DNA of 64,000 bases from a bacterium (GTDB lineage Bacteria > Patescibacteriota > Minisyncoccia > Phycocordibacterales > UBA2100), in the NCBI GenBank assembly GCA_038128225.1, contig JAYPJF010000001.1, positions 94,458-158,457 of the forward strand, written 5' to 3'. The notes under the pieces are model-generated. The model did no database searches. It was not told the DNA's origin and worked only from the letters and a program-made list of their open reading frames with translations. Below, piece after piece: positions 10,252 through 18,816 of the stretch. Numbering within the stretch: position 1 is the stretch's first letter; every line of letters begins with the position of its first letter. The translations under genes were made by a program, and so were the position numbers.

Positions 10252-10689
10252 ATGGCTCTCGTGCAAAATAAAAAAGCCCACCTCGAGTATGAATTCCTCG
10301 ATAAAATTGAAGCGGGTATTGAACTTTTAGGAACTGAGGTTAAGTCTGTACGCGCGGGGCGCGGCAAACTCGAAGGCGGCAGAATCGTCGTACGAGGCGG
10401 CGAGGCATATGTGGTGGGTATCTCTATCCCCCCTTGGCAAGCAATCAACGCAGGTGAACACTACGACTCAGAACGACCGCGCCGATTATTACTTCATCGC
10501 AAAGAAATTGCAGATATCGCGGCGGCTGAAGGCGCGAAGGGGTTGACAATAGTACCGATTTCAATGTATAATCTTGGGCAGAAATTGAAGCTAGAAGTAG
10601 CAATCGCGCGCGGTAAGAAAAAACGTGATAAACGCCAAGATTTGAAAAAACGCGATGAAGAGCGCCGCATGCGGCGCAAAGAACTTTGA
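10252..10689 (+). CDS. smpB: SsrA-binding protein SmpB
   Basis: NKKAHLEY, EAGIELLGTEVKS, RRLLLHRKEI, ARGKKKRDKR; ATG 6 nt after TATAGT. Confidence 0.96.
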   Translation: MALVQNKKAHLEYEFLDKIEAGIELLGTEVKSVRAGRGKLEGGRIVVRGGEAYVVGISIPPWQAINAGEHYDSERPRRLLLHRKEIADIAAAEGAKGLTIVPISMYNLGQKLKLEVAIARGKKKRDKRQDLKKRDEERRMRRKEL

Positions 10690-10696
10690 CAAACCG

Positions 10697-10776
10697 AACG
10701 AGTGTTTGAGGAAGAAACCTGGCCTGCAGGGAGGAGACGCTTAGGAGCGGCTCCTCCCCGCCCTCAAACACTTGTT
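10697..10776. other. Branched stem-loop element between smpB and ssrA
   Basis: 15-bp closing stem AACGAGTGTTTGAGG/CCTCAAACACTTGTT enclosing two further hairpins. Confidence 0.5.
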
Positions 10777-10823
10777 ACTTTGCGAGTCGTTCCCCGCCTC
10801 GAACCTTAGAGGGGTTCGAGGCG

Positions 10824-11211
10824 GGGGATGATTGGCTTCGACAAAGAGATACGGATCATACATATGCATGGCATAGCTGTGGTATCTATTCAAACTGCCA
10901 CAAACCAATAAGTGCAAACAAAACTGCACGTGGAATCTTGAGCCCAATTCAGGCAAAAGATCTCCAGTTCGCTTACGCATTAGCCTAAGCGACCGCTCGC
11001 CTATCGACATCCGATACATAGTTGCGAACGTCATACTTTCGGGTTCGACAACGCTTCAGTCTGGAAGCGACGTCTAAAGAAACATGACTCGAGTTTGTGC
11101 GATCTTGTGCATTCACAACGCGCAACCTCTAAACCTCTCTGAATGTACTACGCCTTGTAGATAGATGTGTGTTCCCTCTTTTGGACGGGGGTTCAATTCC
11201 CCCCATCTCCA
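10824..11211 (+). ncRNA. ssrA: tmRNA; tag ANKTARGILSPIQAKDLQFAYALA at 10914-10988
   Basis: 5' GGGGAUG pairs with 3' CAUCUCC-A with a G3-U pair; TTCGAC D-loop-like motif; GGGGG-TTCAATT-CCCCC T arm; AUAAGU-GCA resume context; tag ends YALA; next to smpB. Confidence 0.95.
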
Positions 11212-11227
11212 CATCAATAGACACGCT

Positions 11228-11253
11228 GGCCCAAAGTACTTCTTTGGGCCTTT
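11228..11253 (+). terminator. Hairpin downstream of tmRNA
   Basis: GGCCCAAAG-TACTT-CTTTGGGCC-TTT. Confidence 0.55.
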
Positions 11254-11324
11254 CGTGCACAAACTGTTTGAGCGGATCCTAACACCTTATGAAGCGAATA
11301 AATCTGCGGGCAATTAGAACCTGG

Positions 11325-11756
11325 TTAACTAATAAATTTGTCCCCTTTTCGCCTTCCGACAATATAGGGAACCCCGATCGAAACGAGAGTCCAGACAGAT
11401 AGTAAACCTATTGTTGTATAGACTTCAGTATCGCTTGACTGTAGCATCAAATTAAAACCTTCCCACATAAATATTACATACACACTACTTGCGACATAAA
11501 AGAAGTACTCCTCGATAGGCAAGCCAAGAAACCTTACCCCTATTGTCTGAGAGTTGTTGAACTGCCATAACCACGTCCGGTCTTTCTTTCCGTGACGAGT
11601 AGCCCAAACGTCCCAAATACTTCCAATCAGCGTCACAAGTACTATGAACGGGGTGAGTGCCTGAAAAGAGATGCGGTCAGAAAGCAAAAACCCTGCACCT
11701 AGTGTCGGAATACAAAACACAAACAATAAACTCAGGAGATAGTGGTACTTTCTCAC
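11325..11756 (-). CDS. Lycopene cyclase domain membrane protein (CrtYc/Yd-like)
   Basis: Hydrophobic; WD...W.F....G...GLPIEEYFF motif of the lycopene cyclase domain; GTG 6 nt after TATAAT. Confidence 0.7.
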   Translation of the reverse strand: MRKYHYLLSLLFVFCIPTLGAGFLLSDRISFQALTPFIVLVTLIGSIWDVWATRHGKKDRTWLWQFNNSQTIGVRFLGLPIEEYFFYVASSVYVIFMWEGFNLMLQSSDTEVYTTIGLLSVWTLVSIGVPYIVGRRKGDKFIS

Positions 11757-11797
11757 GAAAAAATTATAACAGGTTCTAACTTCTGGTTAGACTCACT

Positions 11798-11830
11798 AAA
11801 ACAAAAGCCCCTTGCGGGGCTTTTGTTTTT
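11798..11830. terminator. Bidirectional intrinsic terminator
   Basis: AAAACAAAAGCCCC-TTGC-GGGGCTTTTGTTTT. Confidence 0.85.
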
Positions 11831-11843
11831 CCACTTCTGGTAA

Positions 11844-13202
11844 CTATTCGACGATAACGGTAATGCTCTTGCTTGCCATTGGCTGCCCACCGGGCACGGT
11901 GCTGCCTGTTTTCACCTTTGCGGTGAAATGAATCTGATACGTTCCCGCAGTGACGAATGTGTACGTAATACTCGAGCCTACTTTTGAGGTAAGGATGCCT
12001 GTGCTCACCGTTGCCCCGCTTGTTTGCGAACCCCAGATTTCAATTGATTGTTCAAGAGTCCCTGTGCCACTCGCTGAGAACGACCACGTCCCGGATTGCC
12101 CTGCAGAAAGTTTCGTCGGACCAGATATATCGCCAATGGTCGGCTTGCTGACACAACTGCCCGTGTACACAACATTCGCGCGGGCCGCTTTTGCAGCACA
12201 TGTATTTGTATATGTTTTTGGTTCCTGCTGCATACAGAGCATTGTTGCAACGCCTGTACCCCCAGCGTTCGCACATCCAGGAGGAATCGCGCACACAGGT
12301 GCATAGTCTTGTGTACACACACCTGTTTGTGACGGTACTTGCTGCCCTCCATTTCCGCCATCGATACTCCCTGGTGACGCAGCGCCCGATGTATCAGAAG
12401 TTGAAGTTGCTGTAGGGCACATAAACGCACATGAAGGTGGTGTACGCCCGACCCAGCTGCCGTCTGAGCACTTCTTTACATCCTGCGTACACACGTCCTT
12501 GCCTGTGTTTGAGAATGTTCCCGTACAATACCCCTGCATATATACCGCACACGCTTTTGCGGTGCACACTGCTGCTCCACCAGATGTTTCGCGTGAGCAC
12601 GTATTACAACCATCGAACCACGCTTTACAAGTTGCACCCGGTACAAATGGGCGTGTGTCGTTAAACGAACTTGGGCTTATCGAATTTATACGGACAGTCG
12701 CTGTGGCATCTGTAGCTACGGTGCATCGTGTTGCTATTTTCGCGCGCGTTTGTTTCCCAACAACTCCATACCCGTTTGTACTTGGAGATCCGGAGCAGAT
12801 GCCGAGTTCTCGACATTGAAACTTTTTGACTGCAGTTTCCGTAGCTGGTCCAAATGTCCCAACAATAGTGGTGTTAAAATCTCCCGTACCCACTAAAAAA
12901 CGTTGTAGTTCAGAAACAGACGTGTCGGCTGTTGAATCTTGCCCACCACGTTTTATATCTCGAGCAATTTGCGGACACACGGTGTCTGTATGCGCTGCTG
13001 CTGTGTTTGATGTCATACGCGTGTCAACTGAAACACCTCCCGCCGCATTGATCTGCGCCTGTAGAGAATTGACGAGCGCCATAAGCGACGCGATGCTGTC
13101 CAACAAGTCAGTCTGAGTTTGTGCTCGTGCCGAAGAAACTGCAAAAAACATGCTCGCAATCATTACGCCGATCACGAGAAACTTTGATGTATAAACGCGC
13201 AT
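11844..13202 (-). CDS. Secreted Cys-rich protein: peptidoglycan-binding domain, CxxWxDGCNxC module, CTxDxxxCxDG module, Kazal-like module, Ig-like end
   Basis: Signal peptide; VSELQRFL...FGPATETAVKKFQ; CKAWFDGCNTC; CTQDYAPVC...TYTNTC; start uncertain (13202 or 13211). Confidence 0.8.
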   Translation of the reverse strand: MRVYTSKFLVIGVMIASMFFAVSSARAQTQTDLLDSIASLMALVNSLQAQINAAGGVSVDTRMTSNTAAAHTDTVCPQIARDIKRGGQDSTADTSVSELQRFLVGTGDFNTTIVGTFGPATETAVKKFQCRELGICSGSPSTNGYGVVGKQTRAKIATRCTVATDATATVRINSISPSSFNDTRPFVPGATCKAWFDGCNTCSRETSGGAAVCTAKACAVYMQGYCTGTFSNTGKDVCTQDVKKCSDGSWVGRTPPSCAFMCPTATSTSDTSGAASPGSIDGGNGGQQVPSQTGVCTQDYAPVCAIPPGCANAGGTGVATMLCMQQEPKTYTNTCAAKAARANVVYTGSCVSKPTIGDISGPTKLSAGQSGTWSFSASGTGTLEQSIEIWGSQTSGATVSTGILTSKVGSSITYTFVTAGTYQIHFTAKVKTGSTVPGGQPMASKSITVIVE

Positions 13203-13350
13203 AGTATGCATGCAATTAATAGCTAATACTTGCAGTATACCAAGATACTCTCCTTCAGGCGCTGGGCGCATGTGAATTTACTGAGTAGCAATTGACCAAG
13301 ATCATTACACTAAGCTACTATCTCAGCGGCTCGAACCCATGGAGGAAAGA

Positions 13351-13728
13351 ATGTGCGCGACCTTCGGTGACTTTGGATTTTTCGCGGGGCTACTCCATGG
13401 CTGGAGCGCGCCGTGGGTGTTGCTTCTCAGTGTTCTTTTCGATTTCATGACATACGAGCGCTGCCAGCAGAGCTGGTGGTACGACTTTGGATTTATCCTC
13501 GGAGTTTTATCCATCGGCTATCTTATCGCACGCTCGTGGTGGCTGCTGATGCTTAGTCCCCTGCTGTGGACCCTCAGTTCTGCTGTAGGTGCGGCTCCCC
13601 GTGCAGTTGTTTACGCATTTCTCGGCGCTGTGCTCGTCGGCATCTTTGGGCTAGTTGCCGGTTCTTTCTTCTTCGACTTCACCAAGTTGCATGGTGTCCC
13701 TAAGAAAAAGTTCCGCCGCCGTTCGTAG
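13351..13728 (+). CDS. Hypothetical membrane protein
   Basis: GFFAGLLHGW...WYDFGFILG with about 4 hydrophobic segments; GGAGG before ATG 13351; promoter TTGACC-18-TACTAT at 13292-13321; terminator 13732-13763. Confidence 0.65.
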   Translation: MCATFGDFGFFAGLLHGWSAPWVLLLSVLFDFMTYERCQQSWWYDFGFILGVLSIGYLIARSWWLLMLSPLLWTLSSAVGAAPRAVVYAFLGAVLVGIFGLVAGSFFFDFTKLHGVPKKKFRRRS

Positions 13729-13777
13729 AGTGAGCCCCGCATACGCGGGGCTCCTTGTTTTGTTCGCTCACGTTAAC

Positions 13778-14254
13778 TTAATACGAATATCCGTACGGAT
13801 AGGTGTAACTATACGGATACGCATAGTTGTAATTGTAGTTGTACGGGTAGTAATTTTGGTATGGGTAATATGTTTGGTTCGAATTGTAGCCTGGGTAGGT
13901 ATTCACACAGCCCGTCGTCGTATATGTCGTACAGGTATTGTACGGATAGGTGTAATTGTATGGGTATGTATAGTTTGTATTCGTGTACGGATAGTAATAA
14001 TTGTAGTTATAGTTGTACGGGTATGCGTAGGCGTTCGAATATGTGTAATTGTACTGCCCATACTGGCTACAATTTGGTGAGCCAAAGTTTGGCGTTGCTA
14101 CAACGCGATAGGTTACCTGCCCCGTGTATGGATCCCTACCCTGTACTTGATAATTGTATGTGTAGCAGTTGTTGACCGAATAATCATAGTCCGCAAATGC
14201 AAAGCCCGGAATAATCATCGCCACCGCAACCATAAATAAGGAGAGTTTTTTCAT
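13778..14254 (-). CDS. Secreted Tyr/Asn/Thr/Pro-rich low-complexity protein
   Basis: Signal peptide MKKLSLFMVAVAMIIPGFAFA; 45 Tyr in about 137 mature residues with an alternating Y-X pattern. Confidence 0.75.
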   Translation of the reverse strand: MKKLSLFMVAVAMIIPGFAFADYDYSVNNCYTYNYQVQGRDPYTGQVTYRVVATPNFGSPNCSQYGQYNYTYSNAYAYPYNYNYNYYYPYTNTNYTYPYNYTYPYNTCTTYTTTGCVNTYPGYNSNQTYYPYQNYYPYNYNYNYAYPYSYTYPYGYSY

Positions 14255-14382
14255 ATGTCTAATTATAACGCTTACATATCCTCGTCAATCTTTGCGTAAA
14301 CTCCTTTTTGTGTTGCTTTGCCGTGCGAAGGTGTGTACTGCGCACCTGCGTAGTCTAGAAGTCGCGTATAATAAATACTGTC

Positions 14383-15843
14383 ATGCTTAAGCAAATTATT
14401 GCAGCCGCATTTCTGCTTAGCGTGGGCGCTTTTTTGGTCACAATTACCACAGCAGCTGAATGTGCTGGCGAGTTCCGTAATCCGACAGAAGCGGAAATCG
14501 CTGCTGGCATCAGTACGTGTGTAAAAAAAGATGGAAGCGACCTTTTGGGTACGCTCAAACTCGAGGAGGCTGCGGAAGCAATGAAATATCTTGAGACAAA
14601 GGTGTGCTCCGGGTATGCAATTGGATACGACCCAGCAATTTCTCCAGCTGCACTTAAGGAGACACGTGTGTACTTTACTGCACAAGTAGTAAGTCCGACC
14701 GGTGGAATGTCACAAGTCTCGATTGACAGCAGGCTTGCGATCTGTGCAGCAAAATTTATACAAGCAGCCGACGAGCGTGGTCTACAGCCTTGTATCACTG
14801 CTGCGCTGAGAACTCCCGCACACCAAAAAGCAAGCTGCCTCGACCGCAGCAATGATACGGTATGTGGAAGACAGAATAACTGCACTTCGTTTAGTTATTG
14901 CCCGCACGTAAAAGGAATCGCGCTGGACATCACCTCACCAAATAAATCCGCATTAAATAGACTTGCGAAATCGTTTGGCTTAAAGATGGGGGTATCGACA
15001 AAAGACGGAGGTTTGGTTGATTTAGTTCATACACAGCCAGCATCTAATGACTGCTCCAATGGCGGTATATCTGACCGAGGATACTTGGGTTCAGGTAGCG
15101 GAGGAGGAGGACGAACCAGTGAATTACTCAGCGGGCTCGCAGGATGGCTCGGCCTAAGTGGCAAATCGCAAGAGTGCCAGCAGCTTGAGCAACAGTGCAG
15201 GACGTACCAGGGTCAGGCATGTATGACGTACGCACAAAGATGCCAAGCGGGCGACACCACCACAGCAGCAACCCCCCCGCCCAGTTCTCCCATGGTAGGC
15301 GCACCTCCTAAATCAAACACCACCGGTAGTGACAGCGGAACGAGAGTTGAAGAATTAAATGCACCAGAAGATAAAGGAAAAGACACTTCCTCTGGTGACA
15401 CGATTGAACCATCAAAAGAGTCAAAAGAATCAGATGAAAAGGATGAGGAAAAAAAACCCGTTACCGTACTCACTCCTTCATCAAGTACAATTGAAGACCT
15501 AAAAGAGATAGCCGTCCCAAAACCCACAGAAACACAAACCGCACCCTCGGGATCGAATAGTAGTTTGAGTGAAGAAGACATCGCACGCCTTGCTGCTGAA
15601 AAAACCACGATAACACCTTCGCTGCCCATCGACTCTGTTGCGCTCACGCCACAAGTTCCTGTCGGAACAACAGGGTCAGTAGACACCACATTCTCCGAAA
15701 CACCCGCTCCGTTTGTTGCCCCCACCACGCTTTCGGGCTACCAAGTCGTACTGTCGCAGATGCGCCAAACACTTGAGTGGATGCTCGCTTTTGTAACCCC
15801 AATGGGTTATACCCGTTCCGCCTGGGAAGAAAGTGTCGAATAG
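14383..15843 (+). CDS. Secreted M15-like (LAS/VanY-type) zinc peptidase with disordered tail
   Basis: ITAALRTPAHQ, PHVKGIALDI (HxxGxAxD), DLVH; signal peptide; Pro/Thr/Glu-rich C-terminal half. Confidence 0.65.
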   Translation: MLKQIIAAAFLLSVGAFLVTITTAAECAGEFRNPTEAEIAAGISTCVKKDGSDLLGTLKLEEAAEAMKYLETKVCSGYAIGYDPAISPAALKETRVYFTAQVVSPTGGMSQVSIDSRLAICAAKFIQAADERGLQPCITAALRTPAHQKASCLDRSNDTVCGRQNNCTSFSYCPHVKGIALDITSPNKSALNRLAKSFGLKMGVSTKDGGLVDLVHTQPASNDCSNGGISDRGYLGSGSGGGGRTSELLSGLAGWLGLSGKSQECQQLEQQCRTYQGQACMTYAQRCQAGDTTTAATPPPSSPMVGAPPKSNTTGSDSGTRVEELNAPEDKGKDTSSGDTIEPSKESKESDEKDEEKKPVTVLTPSSSTIEDLKEIAVPKPTETQTAPSGSNSSLSEEDIARLAAEKTTITPSLPIDSVALTPQVPVGTTGSVDTTFSETPAPFVAPTTLSGYQVVLSQMRQTLEWMLAFVTPMGYTRSAWEESVE

Positions 15844-15867
15844 GTAACTTTTTGCTACCATACCACC

Positions 15868-16923
15868 ATGAACGTATTCTCCCGCGTGCAATTGTATGTG
15901 TTTTTTGGTGCGCTCCTCAGTATTTCAGTTTTCTTTTTCTGGATCATTCGCGACTTCATCGCACCGGTCGCGTGGGCAGTGGTTTTGGCGCTTTTGTTTT
16001 ATCCACTTTTTCTTTCGATTAAACACCGTCTTCGGGGCCGTCAAAACCTTGCCGCACTTGTTACCATCCTGATTGCGATTGTGCTCGTATTTCTACCTCT
16101 CCTTTTCCTCGGAGGAGTGCTTGTGCACGAAAGCACTATTTTTTATCGACATGTACTTGATAACGATGAGCTTATTTATGAGCGCTTAAGCTCGAGTTCG
16201 CCGTACATCGAAAATATCTTGGACCTCATCGGTATATCTACCGAAGAGCTGTATAGCACTATCGCAGACAGCGCTCGTTCGGTAAGTTCATGGATCGCAT
16301 CGCAGGTATTTTCTCTCGGGACAAAAACCGTGTCCTTGTTCGCAGGTGCACTCGTTATGCTCTATATACTCTTTTTCCTATTACGCGACGGTCCGGTTAT
16401 CGGAGCAAAAATCATGCGCATGATTCCGCTTGGAGATCCTATGGAAATCTTCTTGTTTGAGCGCTTTAATGCCACCGTGCGCGCCACCGTAAAAGGGTCA
16501 CTCGTGGTTGCAATAGCACAGGGCGCGACCGGAGCGTTGCTTTTGTGGCTTGGCGATATTCCAAGTCCTGTTTTTTGGGGCGTAGTGATGGCCCTGTTCT
16601 CTCTCCTTCCCGTGATCGGTCCTGCAATCGTGTGGGTGCCTGCGGGTATCGCCGCCTACTTCATGGGAAACTTAGTCGGAGCAGCGATTATCTTGATCGG
16701 AGGATTCCTTATCGTGAGCAATGTCGACAACTACCTACGTGCAACACTTGTGGGGCACGAAACTAATATGCCGGATGCGTTTGTGCTCGTTTCGGTACTT
16801 GGAGGTATCGCAACCTTTGGTATTTCTGGAGTAATTTTTGGACCGGTCGCTGCCGCGCTTTTTCTTGCAATGTGGGAGTTGTTTGAACACAAGTTTCGTA
16901 GTGAGCTCATTGATCGAGGATAG
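15868..16923 (+). CDS. AI-2E family transporter
   Basis: Multi-TM; LFFLLRDG, LLPVIGPAIVWVP, DNYLR, GGIATFGISGVIFGP. Confidence 0.9.
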   Translation: MNVFSRVQLYVFFGALLSISVFFFWIIRDFIAPVAWAVVLALLFYPLFLSIKHRLRGRQNLAALVTILIAIVLVFLPLLFLGGVLVHESTIFYRHVLDNDELIYERLSSSSPYIENILDLIGISTEELYSTIADSARSVSSWIASQVFSLGTKTVSLFAGALVMLYILFFLLRDGPVIGAKIMRMIPLGDPMEIFLFERFNATVRATVKGSLVVAIAQGATGALLLWLGDIPSPVFWGVVMALFSLLPVIGPAIVWVPAGIAAYFMGNLVGAAIILIGGFLIVSNVDNYLRATLVGHETNMPDAFVLVSVLGGIATFGISGVIFGPVAAALFLAMWELFEHKFRSELIDRG

Positions 16924-16988
16924 TTTTCATTTGCGAAAAACTATGGTACAGTCTGTGAGCGCGCGATGCGCGCTTTTCATTAAAGAAC

Positions 16989-17624
16989 ATGGGGTTTACG
17001 AAATATACAACTGCGAAAGAAAAAGAGCACATCCGTATCAACGAGAGTATTTCGGCTCGAGAACTCCGCGTAGTCGGGCCTGAAGGCGAAAACTTTGGGA
17101 TTCTCTCACTACGCGAAGCGCTCACCAAGGCGCATGGAATGGCGCTTGACCTTGTAGAGATATCCCCCGGCGCAAACCCTCCAGTCGCAAAAATTGTCGA
17201 CTTTGGCAAATACAAGTACGAAATGAAAAAAAAGGCGCGAGAAGTAAAAGCGAAATCTCACGTAACAGAAACTAAAGAAGTGCAAGTCAAGATCGGCACG
17301 AGCGAGAACGACATGCGCATTAAGGCGACAAAAGCTGCTAGCTGGATCCAGGAAGGCCACCGCGTCAAAGTCGATCTTTTTTTGTGGGGTCGCTACAAAT
17401 ACATGGAGTTCAACTTCCTCAAAGAGCGTTTGGAGCGCTTCCTTGCAATTATCCCAGAATCATTTAAAATCGCCGAGGAAATCGGCAATAGTCCGAAAGG
17501 ACTTTCGGTCGTTATCGACCGTGATAAATCAGGCAAACGGTGGCAACCAAGCACCCCGCTTAAACAGCTTAAAAAGGAGTCTTTTGAGACGGAGCCGCCT
17601 GCAGTGCAAGAAAGTGATGCGTAG
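16989..17624 (+). CDS. infC: Translation initiation factor IF-3
   Basis: RINESI, LDLVEISPGANPPVAKIVDFGKYKYE, GHRVKV; followed by rpmI-rplT. Confidence 0.95.
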   Translation: MGFTKYTTAKEKEHIRINESISARELRVVGPEGENFGILSLREALTKAHGMALDLVEISPGANPPVAKIVDFGKYKYEMKKKAREVKAKSHVTETKEVQVKIGTSENDMRIKATKAASWIQEGHRVKVDLFLWGRYKYMEFNFLKERLERFLAIIPESFKIAEEIGNSPKGLSVVIDRDKSGKRWQPSTPLKQLKKESFETEPPAVQESDA

Positions 17625-17638
17625 TCGATTTCTCCTAC

Positions 17639-17827
17639 ATGAAAACCAACAAATCTTATACTAAGCGAATTCGTGTCACGCGCCGCGGTAAACTCATCGT
17701 ACGAGTGCCAGGCCAAGACCATTTCAATGCAAAAGAATCAGGTGCAAAGCATTTGCGCCGCAAACGTGCGGTAAAATCGAAACTTCCCTTTTCGGTAAAA
17801 ACGCGTACTCGATTCATAAACAAATAA
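17639..17827 (+). CDS. rpmI: 50S ribosomal protein L35
   Basis: MKTNKSYTKRIRVT; position in the infC operon. Confidence 0.9.
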   Translation: MKTNKSYTKRIRVTRRGKLIVRVPGQDHFNAKESGAKHLRRKRAVKSKLPFSVKTRTRFINK

Positions 17828-17831
17828 GCCT

Positions 17832-18176
17832 ATGACACGTGTAAAACGAGGAGTAATGAAAATGAAGCGCCGTCGCAATGTTTTGAAACGAACGAAAGGT
17901 TTTCGTTTCGCGCGCTCAAAAAAGGAAGCGGCTGCAAAAGAAGCAATCGCTCACGCGGGCAATTATGCATTTCGTGATCGCCGAACCAAAAAGCGCATTA
18001 ATCGAGCTCTTTGGAACGTGCGCATCAATGCCGCAGTACGTCCTCACGGCATGTCGTACAGTACATTCATACATGCACTTAAGAAGAAAGGCGTCTCTCT
18101 TGACCGTAAAGTACTCTCCCATCTTGCCGCTGAACATCCGCAGGTTTTTGAACGCATATTAAAAAACCTCGCGTAG
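17832..18176 (+). CDS. rplT: 50S ribosomal protein L20
   Basis: MTRVKRG, RDRR, LWNVRINAA, LDRKVL. Confidence 0.96.
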   Translation: MTRVKRGVMKMKRRRNVLKRTKGFRFARSKKEAAAKEAIAHAGNYAFRDRRTKKRINRALWNVRINAAVRPHGMSYSTFIHALKKKGVSLDRKVLSHLAAEHPQVFERILKNLA

Positions 18177-18194
18177 GTACTCCCTACAATACTG

Positions 18195-18220
18195 AAACAG
18201 GCGCCTTAAGGCGCCTGTTT
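18195..18220. terminator. Bidirectional terminator
   Basis: Perfect palindrome AAACAGGCGCC-TTAA-GGCGCCTGTTT. Confidence 0.8.
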
Positions 18221-18225
18221 ACATT

Positions 18226-18738
18226 TCATCGAATCAGGTCACGAAGATCTTGGATGGGCATTGTATGCCACGCTTCAAGAAAATAACCCTGCGTGATCCC
18301 GAGCTCTTCTATGCGCTTATGTTCCCACGATGCGCCATTCGAAGTGCGCCACCCGCGCGCTCCTTCAAGAAACCACGCTCGGGCAATGTGTCCAGAACTG
18401 AAAACAGGGTCATAAAACTCAGTGAGGATTGGGTGGCAGTATGATTCGTTAGGGTATTTCTGCCTCCACCCATATTCCAGATCGGCAAGCCCTGCCTCAT
18501 ACGGTATCTGGCTCCACATGGGTCTCGCTGCAGCTTTGAGAACCTCGATTGCATGATTGAAGATTAGTAGATTCGCAACCGAGTTTCCAAAGCCGCCCGT
18601 TGAAATCGGGCCGCATACAATCTCAGCACAACCACCCATGCTTTCAAGTTCACTAAGCGCAAGTTGTGCAAGATCAGTAAAAGTTGGACCTCGGCGCGCA
18701 ACACACTCGATAAAGAACGGGACGTCTGCTTTTCGCAT
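18226..18738 (-). CDS. Hypothetical protein, possibly of the nucleoside 2-deoxyribosyltransferase-like fold
   Basis: IVCGPISTGG...GWRTSNGASWEH resembles the NDT-like/DUF4406 pattern (GP(I/M)..G, W..S.GA..E); SD AAGGAG. Confidence 0.55.
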   Translation of the reverse strand: MRKADVPFFIECVARRGPTFTDLAQLALSELESMGGCAEIVCGPISTGGFGNSVANLLIFNHAIEVLKAAARPMWSQIPYEAGLADLEYGWRQKYPNESYCHPILTEFYDPVFSSGHIARAWFLEGARGWRTSNGASWEHKRIEELGITQGYFLEAWHTMPIQDLRDLIR

Positions 18739-18816
18739 TTCGCTCTCCTTTTTCAAGAATACCGAGCATTCTTGCCGGGGCAAACTATACCAAAAGATCC
18801 ACGCAATGCTACTGCT

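Noticed and set aside
10741-11034. 97-aa minus-strand ORF
   Set aside because: Antisense to tmRNA and has no protein-like features
13655-14175. Ile/Val/Arg-rich and Cys-rich plus-strand ORFs
   Set aside because: Shadows of the Tyr-rich gene, which has a clear signal peptide on the minus strand
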